Source of the DNA: an uncultured delta proteobacterium
Lineage (GTDB): Bacteria; Myxococcota_A; Polyangia; Polyangiales; B10-G4
Reading direction: 5' to 3'
Assembly: GCA_963727445.1 (NCBI GenBank)
Contig: CAVSGI010000021.1
Location: 256,001-320,000 of the forward strand
DNA length: 64,000 nucleotides
Shown: positions 9,195 through 19,961 of the stretch, in pieces
Numbering within the stretch: position 1 is the first letter of the stretch
Layout: every line of letters starts with the position of its first letter
Position numbers and translations under genes: made by a program
Notes under the pieces: model-generated
The model's input: only the letters and a program-made list of their open reading frames with translations
What the model was told of the DNA's origin: nothing
Database searches by the model: none

Positions 9195-10392
9195 TCATAG
9201 CAGGTCGAGCGCGCCGAGCATCTCCACGAGCACGGCGTTGACGTCAGCGCCGGTCTGGTTGAGCACCACGACGAGACGAATGCCGTCGTCGGGGAAGAAC
9301 GCTGCGAACGACTCGTAACCCCAGATCGAGCCCGTGTGGCCGAAGGATGCGTGTCCCGGCAGCGGGAAGGACATGACGGCCAGCCCGTAGGACACGCCAC
9401 CACTCGCTGGAATGGTCGTCAGCCATGCGTCCCGTTCACCCGATGGGGGTCGCGCGCCCGATTCCAGGGCACGCAGGAAGGAGAGGAGGTCCCCCGCGGT
9501 CGAGGTCATCGCACCCGCAGGCCCGGCCAACGTCGGATCGTAAGTGTCGGTGACGACGCCAGGCCCCGCGAACGGCGCTCCGTATCCGGGCAACAGATCG
9601 GCAACAGGTGCGGCCGGTTCGTATCCCGTGCTCGCGAGCGCCAGAGGTTCCGTGATCCGAGCCTGCAGGAGATCCGCCAGCGTCTCGCCGCTGACGCGTT
9701 CGAGGATGGCCCCGAGCAGGTAGTAGTTGGAGTTGCTGTACGACCAGCCTTCACCGGGCGCGAAGCTCGGTTCCCCTTCCATCACGTAGCCGACCACTTC
9801 GGCGACGCCGAGCTCGCGGAGCGGCGCCTCACGAACACGCGCTTGGAACGTCGGGCTTTGGAGGTAGTCGTAGATGCCGCTCGTGTGTTGGAGCATCTGG
9901 CGAATGGTGATCCGATTCCGCATTCGGGATCTCCGGAAACCACCCCGAGAGGCGATCCTCGAGGGAGAGGGCTCCATCCTCGACGAGCTCGAGCGCGAGC
10001 ACGCCGACGAACAACTTGGTCACGCTTCCGATCCGAAACGGCGTGTCCGGCGACATCACGTCCGGACCGAGGAGGCCGATCCACCGCCCCTCACCTTCGA
10101 CCTCCACGCCGGCGATGGCCGAACGGGCCCCCGAGGCGCCGAGACCGCGCTCGAGCGCTGCAGCGAGCCGGGACGCGCGATCTGGACCGATAGGGGGAAC
10201 GGTCGATGCGTCCGCGACTGACGCGTCCGGCGGGCCACCGTCATCTCGTACGCCCGAATCCGGCTCGTCCCCGGCATCGCTTCCCGCGTCGAGGTGCACG
10301 GGCGTGGGGCCGGGCGTCCCGTTGCACGCTCCGGCCGCCGTCGCGAGCATCAGGAGCGCAAAGGGGCCCCGCAGGTCGAAGTGTCCGGTCAT
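9195..10392 (-). pseudogene. Serine hydrolase (beta-lactamase class C/DD-peptidase family) lipoprotein with a +1 frameshift near 9916
   Basis: SxxK (RIGSVTK) lies in one frame; ITIRQMLQHTSG, YSNSNY and GHTG lie in another. Removing one A gives continuous ...IPNADRITIRQ... Confidence 0.8.
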
Positions 10393-10508
10393 GGTTCCTC
10401 CTCTCGAGCCGGAGGAACTCTAGGTGGCCTCGGTGTGGCGGCCATTGATAGTTTGGGACAGCCGCCGAGCTCCGCTCGACGTGAAGGCGGATGGTAGTGT
10501 TCGCCGCC

Positions 10509-12614
10509 ATGGCCGATCGGAGCCAGCTCCCCGAAGTCCTCGCACGTCCTCCGTGGAAGCGCCCGAAGAAGGAGCGCCCGACGGTGCCCCGGCGAGACGG
10601 AATCGCACTGGCCGACTACCCCTCGTCGTCCGATCTGCCCCCTGAGCGGGCCCAGGAGCGCCGGCCGGAGGTGGAGAAGCGCTTCGAGAGCCCGGGCCCG
10701 GACGCGCGCCTGATGCTGCTCGATCTCCGTCACTGCAGCGACGAAGTCGCCCTTCGCGCGTTCACAGAGCTCCCCGTGGAGGTCTGGGTCTACACGAACG
10801 TCGATCACGTGCGTCACGTCCTCGCACGCTTCGGCGCCGAGGTGTTCCCCGCGCTCGTGGCCTACGGCGCGCTCCATCCCGATCACCTCGCCGAGCTCGT
10901 GATCCACGTCGACGCACCTCACCCGGCGCTGCTCTGTGCGCTTTGGGTCTCCCGAGGGACTGCGCTCGCCGCGCCCGGCCGTGCCTGGCTGTCCGCCCAT
11001 CCGGAGGCAGCGGCGGTGGGGCTGATCCCGAGCGTATTGGGCGAGCCGGGAAAGGAACGGGCCGCGGCCGAGTCTGCGCTGCGCATCGTCCAAGCCAACG
11101 ATGAAGGCGCCGTCGCTGCGGCGTGCGCGCGCTACGGCGAAGCGGTCGCGCGCGACGTGAGGGCGATCGTCGAGACCCCGCCGATCTGGAGCTTCCCAGC
11201 GAAGGTGCCGAAGCTGCCCAAATGGTGGAGTGCATCCGCGCTGCCCGAGGTTCGTCTTCGCGACGGAACGCCCCTCGGCGAAGACGCCATCGACGCCATC
11301 GGGACGATGCTGCGCTTCACCTCGATCGAGCTGCCCTACCCGGGTCTCGCGGACGTGCGCGACGCCTGCGATCCGCGCTCGTTGGACGAGCTGGCCTGGG
11401 GGATCGTCGAGCTCTGGGTCGGTGCCGGCGCATCTGCCAACGCCTACTGGGCCCTGTACGCGGTCGCGCACCTGGGCGCGGACTACGCGACGGGCCAACT
11501 GGCGCGAGCGATCACCGTCTGGCCCCGAGAGCGTGGGCTCGCCCGCGCCAAGCTCGGGTGCGACGTGCTGGTTCGCATCGGTAGCGACGCCGCCCTCGCA
11601 CGACTCGACCGAATCAGCCGCACGGTTCGCAAGGCAGCGCTCCGAAGACACGCGGAAGCCGCCATCGAAGAGGTCGCTCGACGGCGCGGTCTGTCGCGCG
11701 ACGATCTCGATGATCGACTGGTCCCCGATCTGGGCCTCGACGCGGACGGGACGGCGACCCTCGACCTCGGTTCGCGGATCCTCGCGGTGCGCTTCGACGC
11801 GGAGCTGACGCCGTACCTCACCGATGAGGAAGGTCAGCGCCTGGCCCGACTTTCCAAGAAGAAGACGGACGACCCGGAGCTCGCCAAGAGCGCGAGCAAG
11901 CGGTGGAAGGCGCTGCGCAAGGACGCCGCCGCGGTGATCGACGGGCAGGTGCGTCGTCTCGAGAGGCGCATGGTCGAGCAGAAGAGCTGGCCGCTCCCGA
12001 CCTTCCGCACGCTCTTCCTCGACCATCCTCTCGTGAGCCACCTCGCGCGACGCCTCCTCTTCAGGTGTGACGACGGCGCCGGATCGTCGGTCTTCTTCCG
12101 CGTCACCGACGATGACGAGCTTCTGGATGCGAACGACGACCCTGCGCCGGCCGAGGGCGCACCCATCGCCATCGCCCACCCGCTCCTCCTGGACGCCGAA
12201 GCGAAGAAGAGATGGTCGGAGGTCTTCTCCGACTACGAGATCGTTCAGCCATTTCCGCAACTCGCGCGCGAGGTCCATCACCTGGATGAAGGAGATCGCG
12301 GCCGGCGCGACCTACCGGAGCGCTCGGGCCGCCCTGTCTGGACGAAGGTGCTCTTCGGCCTCGAGAGCCGCGGTTGGAAGCAGGGAGCCATCGAAGAGGG
12401 GTGGCTCCGCAGCTTCTACAAGTCGCTTGGTCGGCGCCATACCGTCCAGCTGCGCTTTCAGCCGGGCATGTACGTCGCGGACCCGAAGAGAGAGGAGGCG
12501 CAGACCATCGAGCACGTTCGCCTGCTCCAGAAGGGCACCTTCGGCGAGCTCGATCCGATCGCCTTCAGCGAGCTGGTGCGCGATCTCGATTCGCTCACGG
12601 GTCCGGACGGCTGA
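10509..12614 (+). CDS. DUF4132 domain-containing protein
   Basis: LDDRLVPDLGLD, RLERRMV, DHPLVSHLARRL, IAHP, WSEVFSDYEIVQPFPQLARE. Confidence 0.88.
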   Translation: MADRSQLPEVLARPPWKRPKKERPTVPRRDGIALADYPSSSDLPPERAQERRPEVEKRFESPGPDARLMLLDLRHCSDEVALRAFTELPVEVWVYTNVDHVRHVLARFGAEVFPALVAYGALHPDHLAELVIHVDAPHPALLCALWVSRGTALAAPGRAWLSAHPEAAAVGLIPSVLGEPGKERAAAESALRIVQANDEGAVAAACARYGEAVARDVRAIVETPPIWSFPAKVPKLPKWWSASALPEVRLRDGTPLGEDAIDAIGTMLRFTSIELPYPGLADVRDACDPRSLDELAWGIVELWVGAGASANAYWALYAVAHLGADYATGQLARAITVWPRERGLARAKLGCDVLVRIGSDAALARLDRISRTVRKAALRRHAEAAIEEVARRRGLSRDDLDDRLVPDLGLDADGTATLDLGSRILAVRFDAELTPYLTDEEGQRLARLSKKKTDDPELAKSASKRWKALRKDAAAVIDGQVRRLERRMVEQKSWPLPTFRTLFLDHPLVSHLARRLLFRCDDGAGSSVFFRVTDDDELLDANDDPAPAEGAPIAIAHPLLLDAEAKKRWSEVFSDYEIVQPFPQLAREVHHLDEGDRGRRDLPERSGRPVWTKVLFGLESRGWKQGAIEEGWLRSFYKSLGRRHTVQLRFQPGMYVADPKREEAQTIEHVRLLQKGTFGELDPIAFSELVRDLDSLTGPDG

Positions 12615-12657
12615 TATCCTCGGCCCCGTGGTGAGGGCCCAGCAGTCGAGACATTGG

Positions 12658-13674
12658 ATGCACGCGTGGGTTGCGATCGGGCTCGCGCTCGCGGGGTGTA
12701 GTGACGACGGGTCCGCTCTGGACGCCACGGCCGACGCCGGCGACGCGAGCGCTCCGGATACCGGCACGATCCGGGACAGCGCAGCGTCCGACGCCGGGCC
12801 CATCGTCGACCCTGCGCTCTTCGACTGCACCTCACCCGGGGCGACCGATCCGTCGATGCTGCCCGAGCGGACGAGCGCGATCCCCGCGTCGTGCGCGCTC
12901 GACGTCGAGTGCCACACGCCAGAGGTGTCGGCACATCGCGGCGCTGGAGGGCCGATCGGCCGCGTGGCACCCGAGGATACGCTCGCCGCTTATCGCGCGG
13001 GGATCGTGCTCGGCGTCGAATTCGTGGAGACCGATCCCCGGCCGACCTCGGACGGCGTCCTGGTCAACATCCACGACCCGCGCGTGGACCGAACGACGGA
13101 TGGAATGGGGGTCGTCGAGGAGATGACCTTCGACGAGGTGCGGGCGCTCCACATCACGACGGATCTGCCCGGCGACTACTCCTGTGAGCGCGTCCCGACG
13201 CTGGAGGAAATTCTGAGAACCTGCCGTGGCCGCGCGGTGGTGCTGGTCGACGCCAACAAGACGGACCGCGTCGACCTGCTCGTCGATGCGATTCACGCCG
13301 CCGACGCCGTCGAGTGGGCGGTCTTCGACACGAGCAGCCTCGACAAGATCGACGAAGCGCTCGCGCTCGATCCGACGTTGCACTTCATGATTCGGCCCGA
13401 CTCGGTCGACCAGATCGAGCCGCAGATGGACCACTACGCACCCGCGCTACCGGTGATCGTGGAGCTGAACGTCACCGACGTCGATGCGGGCGTACCCATC
13501 GTTCACGCCCGCGGGACTCGGGCCTTGTCCGACGTGTTTGCGGCCGACGTCCTCTACAACACCACCGCCGATCCCCAGGGCTACGCCGACGTGCTCGACG
13601 CCGGCCTCGACATCTTGCAGTCCGACCGCGCCGACGTCGTCATCGACTTCCTGCGGAGCCGCGGCGACCGCTGA
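12658..13674 (+). CDS. Glycerophosphodiester phosphodiesterase (GDPD) family lipoprotein
   Basis: Lipobox LAGC; SAHRGA, PEDTLAAY, ETD..TSDG.LV..HD..VDRTTDG, QSD. Confidence 0.9.
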   Translation: MHAWVAIGLALAGCSDDGSALDATADAGDASAPDTGTIRDSAASDAGPIVDPALFDCTSPGATDPSMLPERTSAIPASCALDVECHTPEVSAHRGAGGPIGRVAPEDTLAAYRAGIVLGVEFVETDPRPTSDGVLVNIHDPRVDRTTDGMGVVEEMTFDEVRALHITTDLPGDYSCERVPTLEEILRTCRGRAVVLVDANKTDRVDLLVDAIHAADAVEWAVFDTSSLDKIDEALALDPTLHFMIRPDSVDQIEPQMDHYAPALPVIVELNVTDVDAGVPIVHARGTRALSDVFAADVLYNTTADPQGYADVLDAGLDILQSDRADVVIDFLRSRGDR

Positions 13675-13720
13675 GACGGGCCTCGTGCGAGGCGGACGCG
13701 CGAGGACGTGCTCGCCCTGC

Positions 13721-15790
13721 TCAGTCGGGAGCCGCGTAGTCGCAGATGCTCGCGGCCGTGCACACCAGGCCATCGCAGCAATCGTCGCCGCCGCAAGAGT
13801 CTCCGCGTTCGCGACAGGTCGTCGTAGGCGGAATGCAGGTGTCGTCGGGGCCACACTCGAGGCTGCAGCACTCTGCGCTATCACCGCAGGAGGTGCCGTT
13901 CGACTTGCAGGGGGGCGGAACCCACTGCGGCGAGAGGATCGTGGCGACCTCCTGACCTGCGAGATAGTAGGGAACCTCCGAGGGATCGGTGGTCCCGTCC
14001 GGCGCGCGTGAGATCGCGCTGACCCACACCTGCTTCTGGCCGTGCACGCCCGCGGGCGCGTTGCCGTAGTCGTGCATGGTGGTGAACAGGAGCCAGAAGA
14101 ACCCGCCGGAGTCGAAGGGGGAGAAGGTGGGCCGGAACGAGTCGTTGGTCGTCCCCGCGTCGTCGGCCGGTCCGAAGTTGGCGTTGTCCAGACGCACCGG
14201 GGTGCCTCCCTCGGGACCGATCATCCACAGCGCGCCCTGCCTTCCGGACAGGCCACCGGTCTCCTCGCGCGTCCGGCGCGTCTGGCCGTGTTGGTACGCG
14301 ATCCACTGCGAGTCGGGCGTCCAGGTGGGGTGCCAGTCGACGGTGCCGCCGGGCGACGTCGCGGCGCCGTGGATCACCGAGGGCGATCCGAACGAGCCAT
14401 CGGCCATCACGGGGGTGATCGCGAGGTCGTTGTCGCGGTTGCTGTAGGCGATGGTCGCCCCGTCAGGGGACCACTCCGGGTCGTAGCCGTCTCCTGGCAG
14501 CCCAGCGAACGCGGCGAGCTCGGCGCCGGTGCTCATGTCGATGATGCCGAAAGGCTGGCTGGTGGCATTCGCTCCGCAGTCGCCCGTGACGACGAGCGTC
14601 GAGTCGGGATTGAACGACTGGCAGCGCCGCACTTCGTAGCGCACGGCGAAGAGGTTCGGAGCCGGGGACGCCGTCAGGTCACCGGTGATGTCGAACGCCG
14701 TCACCGTCTCGGACGGCTCGCGAACCGCCATCAGGCGCTGTCCGTCGCGCGAGACCGAGTGACAGCCGATGCAGTCGTCGCCGGGGTTCGGCAGGAAGTC
14801 GACCAGATCTGCGCCCTGAACGTCGAGGCGCATCAGACGAGCCGCAGGCGGAGACCAGTAGTAGACCGATCCACCCAGCACCGCGTCGACGGTGCGGAAG
14901 TCGACCGCCGCGCTCTGGTAGACCGCGCCGCCGGAAGACACCTCGACCGTGATCTCGATCGGCTCGCCGATGTCGCTCCCGGAGATGGGCGACCAACTGT
15001 CGGTGTCGAGCTGCCAGCTGTCGGTGAAGCCGGCACCACTTCGGAAGTAGCCATCGAGGACCGCGTGGGGACGGACGAGACTGACGTGCCACAGTTCGTC
15101 CGCGCCGGCGGGATGCTGCGGTGTCCACATGACGTTCGGCGGATAGACGTTCCGGGGCATCACCGCCCCGGCGAGCGGGTAGTCGATGCGCGGCGACGTC
15201 GATGCGTCCGTGCTCGGCGTCGCGCCATCGAAGATCCCCGGATCGGATGGTGATACGCCCGTTCCCAGCACCACGCCGCGGTAGGTCACGGTGAGGCCGG
15301 TCGTCGCCGCTGGTCCCACGCCGCCCGCCTGCTGCACGCGCACGGTCGCCGTGCCGCCCACGCCGGCCGCCGTGAACACGCCACTCGACGGACCGATGTC
15401 GCCGAGAGAAGGGTTGTCGATGGAGAAGACGAGCCCACTCGTCAGGGGAACCGTCGTTCCGTCGCGCTGCTCGCCGACGACGGTGAAGGCCAGAGTGAGC
15501 GGATCGCCCGGCAGGGCGATCACCGGATTGTCCGGCGTCAGCGTGAGCGAGAGGATGTCGGTCGGGCTCTCCATCCCCGCATCGCCCCCGGCCATGCAAT
15601 GACCGTCGATGCAATCCTCGCCCGCGGGGCACTCGTCGCTGGACTCGCAGGAGGTGCGACCGCTGCCGCCCACGGCGTCCGCGGAGCAGGCCGCGCCGAG
15701 GCTCGCCGAAGCCAGGACGAAGAGGATCGCGACCGCGCGCGCTCGCGTCGTTCGGCCGATGAAAAGAGTCGAAGTCGGGGGATTCGTCAT
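13721..15790 (-). CDS. Lipoprotein with Ig-like domain, TolB-like (PD40) beta-propeller and Cys-rich termini
   Basis: LGAAC lipobox; YP..G..MPRNV.PP, CIGCHSVSRDG, PEWSPDG, PTWTPDS, PTFSP; Cys-rich C-terminus. Confidence 0.8.
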   Translation of the reverse strand: MTNPPTSTLFIGRTTRARAVAILFVLASASLGAACSADAVGGSGRTSCESSDECPAGEDCIDGHCMAGGDAGMESPTDILSLTLTPDNPVIALPGDPLTLAFTVVGEQRDGTTVPLTSGLVFSIDNPSLGDIGPSSGVFTAAGVGGTATVRVQQAGGVGPAATTGLTVTYRGVVLGTGVSPSDPGIFDGATPSTDASTSPRIDYPLAGAVMPRNVYPPNVMWTPQHPAGADELWHVSLVRPHAVLDGYFRSGAGFTDSWQLDTDSWSPISGSDIGEPIEITVEVSSGGAVYQSAAVDFRTVDAVLGGSVYYWSPPAARLMRLDVQGADLVDFLPNPGDDCIGCHSVSRDGQRLMAVREPSETVTAFDITGDLTASPAPNLFAVRYEVRRCQSFNPDSTLVVTGDCGANATSQPFGIIDMSTGAELAAFAGLPGDGYDPEWSPDGATIAYSNRDNDLAITPVMADGSFGSPSVIHGAATSPGGTVDWHPTWTPDSQWIAYQHGQTRRTREETGGLSGRQGALWMIGPEGGTPVRLDNANFGPADDAGTTNDSFRPTFSPFDSGGFFWLLFTTMHDYGNAPAGVHGQKQVWVSAISRAPDGTTDPSEVPYYLAGQEVATILSPQWVPPPCKSNGTSCGDSAECCSLECGPDDTCIPPTTTCRERGDSCGGDDCCDGLVCTAASICDYAAPD

Positions 15791-15942
15791 CTCGAGACAC
15801 CTACAAGCAAAGATCGGGCGAGCTGCAGCGTTTGATATTACTCGAGAATCAGCCGGGACGTTGGGGTCAATGGACCGTGGCCAGGGCCGAATGAGGTCCA
15901 TCGCCCCCTCCCGAGAGTCCCCGGCGCAGGGGGTATCCTTCG

Positions 15943-17232
15943 ATGGTGCGTCCTTCGTGCTCGTGCTCGATCCTGCTCGTTGTCTTGTCGGCTTGCTCCG
16001 TGGATTCGGGCGCCATCCTCCCGAGCGGATCCACCGACTCTTCGCCGCCCACCGACAGCCACGTGGGGACCGACACCACGCCGGCCAGGTGCGCCGGAGG
16101 TCGCACCGACTGCGCGGGCGTCTGCGTCGACCTCTCCAGCAACAGCGCAAACTGCGGGAGGTGCGGCAGCCCGTGCACCGGGGACGAGGTCTGCAGTGGG
16201 GGCACGTGCGTCGTCCCGGGCGCGCCATGCGAGTGGACGTTGCAGCGTACGCTGTCCTTCGACAACGCGTCGCGAGCGGAGAACCTGGACGACTTCACGG
16301 TGCTGGTCGTCCTCGATTCGTCGCGGATCGACTACGCCATGGTCGAAGATCAAGGGCACGACCTGCGGTTCACGGAGCCGGATGGGACGACGACGCTGCC
16401 CTACGAGGTCGAACGCTGGAGCACGGGCGGAAGGTCGTACGTCTGGGTTCGGGTCCCGCGGATCGACGCTTCCTCCAGCACCGACCACATCATCATGTAC
16501 TACGGCAATTCCTCCGCTTCGCCTGGCGAGGATCCGGCTGCGACGTGGGGCGCGGCCTACGAAGCCGTCTGGCATCTCGGTGGCGTCTCGGATTCGACGG
16601 GCAACGCGCACGACCTCACGGACATGGGCACCGAAGGCGCCTCCGGTCGCATCGGGCGCGCGCGCCGCTTCGACGGCGCCAGCGATCGGCTCGTTGCCGA
16701 CACGGTCGTCGGTTCGGCGGCCGACCTCACCTTCGAGCTGTGGATGCGGTCCGACGTGAGCACGGGTTTCCACCGGCCGATCGAGAAGATGGGCCCCAGC
16801 GGCACTCAGGGATGGTCGGTGTTGCAGAGACCCGACGCAGACCTCTTTCCCCGTGGGCTCGTCTTCCGCGTCGGCTCGGAGGGCTTCTATGGGGGATGGG
16901 GTAACGAGGTCTCCGCCTCGAACGTCTACAGCCCCGACACCTGGGAGCACGTCGTCGGTACCTTCGATTCGACGACGCACACCGGACGGCTCTACGTCGG
17001 CGGCGTCGAGGTCGACAGCGTCGTCAACACGGACGGCCGCGGGGTCGCTGACACCGGCGATCCGCTGCTCATCGGAGGCGGCGGAGAGCATTTCGATGGC
17101 GACATCGACGAGGTCCGCATCTCCACCGTGGCTCGCTCAGCGGCCTACGTCTCCGCGCAGCACGCGTCACAGACCGACACCTTCATCGTCTATGGTGACG
17201 AGACGTCGGTCGGAATCGCCTGTCCGGAGTAG
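15943..17232 (+). CDS. Lipoprotein with Cys-rich repeat, DUF2341 and LamG-like domains
   Basis: LSAC lipobox; CVDLSSNSANCGRCG; DLRFT..DG..LPYEVE.W....WVRVP..YYGN; W.HVVGTFD..LYVGG..FDGDIDEVRIS. Confidence 0.85.
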   Translation: MVRPSCSCSILLVVLSACSVDSGAILPSGSTDSSPPTDSHVGTDTTPARCAGGRTDCAGVCVDLSSNSANCGRCGSPCTGDEVCSGGTCVVPGAPCEWTLQRTLSFDNASRAENLDDFTVLVVLDSSRIDYAMVEDQGHDLRFTEPDGTTTLPYEVERWSTGGRSYVWVRVPRIDASSSTDHIIMYYGNSSASPGEDPAATWGAAYEAVWHLGGVSDSTGNAHDLTDMGTEGASGRIGRARRFDGASDRLVADTVVGSAADLTFELWMRSDVSTGFHRPIEKMGPSGTQGWSVLQRPDADLFPRGLVFRVGSEGFYGGWGNEVSASNVYSPDTWEHVVGTFDSTTHTGRLYVGGVEVDSVVNTDGRGVADTGDPLLIGGGGEHFDGDIDEVRISTVARSAAYVSAQHASQTDTFIVYGDETSVGIACPE

Positions 17233-17254
17233 GGGCCTCGGGGGACCTCGAACG

Positions 17255-18683
17255 CTACGGGCAGCTCTCGCGCGCGGGAACGGCGGGGAGCGGCTCCTGT
17301 CGGAAGTCGAAGGCGGGGAGAAGCGACCCGGCCACGTCGTCGCGGGCGGCCGGGCTGGCCGCGTGCAGTGACCCGACGGCGTCCGCGTCGCCGAAGAGCT
17401 CCTCGATCAACCGGACGACGCTCGCCTGCTCGCTGAGCTCGTGGAAGACGCCCTGCTTGACCCACGGCGAGACGATGATCAGCGGCAATCGGAAGCCCAG
17501 GCCGTAGGGGTGCGTCGCGTCGCAGCCGTACTGCATGGGTGGCGCGACGTGGTCGTGGAAGCCGCCGTAGTCATCGTAGGTGATGAGGATCGCGGTGGTG
17601 TCCCAGATCGGGCTCGCCATCACCTCGTTGACGAAGCGCGTCGTCCACGTCACCGACGAGCACATCGACAACGGCGGGTGACCGCTGCTGAGATCCTGAT
17701 CGACGAGCCAGGCGACGTTCGGGAAGTCGCCGGACGACAGGTCGCTCGAGAACTGGGAGTAGGGCACGATGTTCGACCAGCCGGGGCCGTGGCGGATGGG
17801 ATCGATCGCGTCGAACATGCCCCAGACGATGGGGCCCACCACCGGAAGATCGAGGCCGGTCCCGTAGAACTTCCAGGTCACGCCCGGACGGAGGGTGTCG
17901 GGCGCGCTCGGGATGTCGAAGCACGGCCTCGGTGAGTCCACGGCGCACGTTCCGTCGCGGAGGACGTCCACGTGGGCGGTGAAGATCTCGTCGCAGCCCC
18001 ACAGAGGATCCGTGATCAACCCGGGGTTGCCGATCGCCCAGCCGGCCTGAGCAGCGAGGAGGAACGTATGCCCCGGAAAGCTCGGGCCGAGCATCGAGCT
18101 GAAGTAGTTGTCGGCGACCGCGTAGCTCGTCGCGAGATCCCAGAATCCGGGGATCGAGCTCGGGCCGTACTGCGCCCACGCCAGGTGGTCGCCTCCGTTG
18201 TTCGCGTCCGGCACGCTCTCCCAGCCGTCGTTCGTGCCTCCGTTCCACGCGGTGAGCGCGCAGTCGTGGGTGTGGCAGAGATCGCGCGTGAGGATGTCGG
18301 GCGCCTCCGGCGCGTCGAACTCGCCACTCGCCGTGACGAAGTGCGACTGCGTGTCTGCATCGGGCAGCCCGGCGAACAGGCTGTCGAAGGTGTGGTTTTC
18401 GAGCACGATGATCACGAGGTGATCGATGTGCCCTCGAATTGGCCCCGCATCGGGGCCGGCGTCACCGCCCGCATCGAGCCCAGCGTCGCCCGCCGCATCG
18501 CCGGGAGCATCCAGGGTGGCGTCGGCCACGGGCACATCCAAAGGAGCATCCGCGAACGCGTCCACCGACGTGTCCGCGTCCGCGTGCGCATCGGCGACCG
18601 AATCCGCCGTCTGGCGTCGTGCCCGAGCCGCAATCGCACGCCTGCATCGCCAGCAACACGGAGCCCAGCACCAGCCTTCGCAT
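17255..18683 (-). pseudogene. Phosphoesterase/phospholipase C (alkaline phosphatase superfamily) lipoprotein with a +1 frameshift near 18607
   Basis: HLVIIVLENHTFD, ADNYFSS..GPSFPGH, ITYDDYGGFHDHV.PP, GFRLP...SPW. Signal peptide MRRLVLGSVLLAMQAC at 18683 is in another frame and joins after removing one G. Confidence 0.8.
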
Positions 18684-18730
18684 GTCCCAAGCGTACGCCG
18701 GTGTCACTGGCCCGTCATGCGCCGGAGCGC

Positions 18731-19771
18731 TCACTCGGTCCGCAGGTCTGGTCGCGACTGCCGAATCGCTCGAACGACGTCCCGCAGCTCCCCAGGCAGC
18801 ACGTTCACCTCTCCGACGCCCCGATTCTCATCCGACGTGAGCTCGGGATCGCTGATCGCGTGCGGCTCGTGTCCGAGGAGGCGCAACTCCTGCCCATTGG
18901 CCGCGATGTGCAGCACGTCGCCCATGGGCGTACTGCCCCAACGCAGGGTCGCCTCGCTCAAGTCGACGTCGGCCACCTGCTTGCCATCGATGCGGGCGAG
19001 CAGACGGCCGCCTCCGATCTCCAGGCCCGCGGGGAGCTTCCTCCTCTTTCGGTCGCGCAGGCGGAACGAGGCCCGATAGGCGAGCCCCGTGAGGGCGAAA
19101 GAAACGAAGATGCCCAGCAGGGCGAGCTGGGGAGCACCGAGGGCAAACGGGATGATGAGGCCGGCGGCGAAGGACCCGAGCCCGATCACGGATATCGTCA
19201 TCAGGAAGAGCATCACGCTGGCGTTCCCTTCCGCGGTTCGAAAGCGCCGCATCGGGAGCCGTGAGAGGTCACCTCCGCGTCGGTCCACCAGCTCGGCGAT
19301 GCAGCCGACCGCCGCGAGCTTGGCCGACACCTCGTCCCAGTCTCGAAAATCCTTCGGTGGCCGTGCGTGGACTCGTCCCCTTTCGATGGTGGCGTCCGCC
19401 GCGGCGAGGCTCTCTTCGAGCTCCTTTCGAAATGCGGGGTCGTCGAAGAAGAGCTCGAGCTCCTCCCGGTAGGCACCGTGAACCCAGTACGAGGATCCCT
19501 CGGTGAGTCGAAAGGAAACGGGCGCCGCCGTACTCGCCTTCGTCGTGACGCTGAGCATGGACGGCAGGCTGCAATCGGGGCGTGCGTAGACGACCTTCGA
19601 CGAACGCTTGGACCGTGCGCTCGAGTAGAACCAGCTGTGCTGCGCCGTGACCGGAATCTTGCCGACGTGTCCCTCGAACCCGTGCCGGCGCTCTCCTTCG
19701 AGGACGATCGGCGGCTTGCTACGAAGCTCTTCGAGTGCCTCCTCGAATCGAGGAATCGAGCTCATCTCCAT
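18731..19771 (-). CDS. Hypothetical membrane protein with two TM helices
   Basis: Open frame with hydrophobic hairpin VMLFLMTISVIGLG...LLGIFVSFALTGLAY; start at 19771 or 19765. Confidence 0.65.
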   Translation of the reverse strand: MEMSSIPRFEEALEELRSKPPIVLEGERRHGFEGHVGKIPVTAQHSWFYSSARSKRSSKVVYARPDCSLPSMLSVTTKASTAAPVSFRLTEGSSYWVHGAYREELELFFDDPAFRKELEESLAAADATIERGRVHARPPKDFRDWDEVSAKLAAVGCIAELVDRRGGDLSRLPMRRFRTAEGNASVMLFLMTISVIGLGSFAAGLIIPFALGAPQLALLGIFVSFALTGLAYRASFRLRDRKRRKLPAGLEIGGGRLLARIDGKQVADVDLSEATLRWGSTPMGDVLHIAANGQELRLLGHEPHAISDPELTSDENRGVGEVNVLPGELRDVVRAIRQSRPDLRTE

Positions 19772-19961
19772 CGAGTAGCACCATTTCGCCCCGACGCATT
19801 GCCGATCGGGGTCGGCTCGACTGCCACCGCGACGACGACGCAGTTTGTGACCACTGACCTCTGCCTCGTAGGACCGACACTTCGACTTGCCAGCCCTCCC
19901 GGCGAGCATACCTGGAAGGGCAGGTAGAGCGCCCAAGGGCGCCCAAGCCGGAGGCTCTCTC

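Noticed and set aside
10509..12614. DUF4132 gene as part of a defence or MoxR/VWA cluster
   Set aside because: No WGR domain, AAA ATPase or VWA partner nearby.
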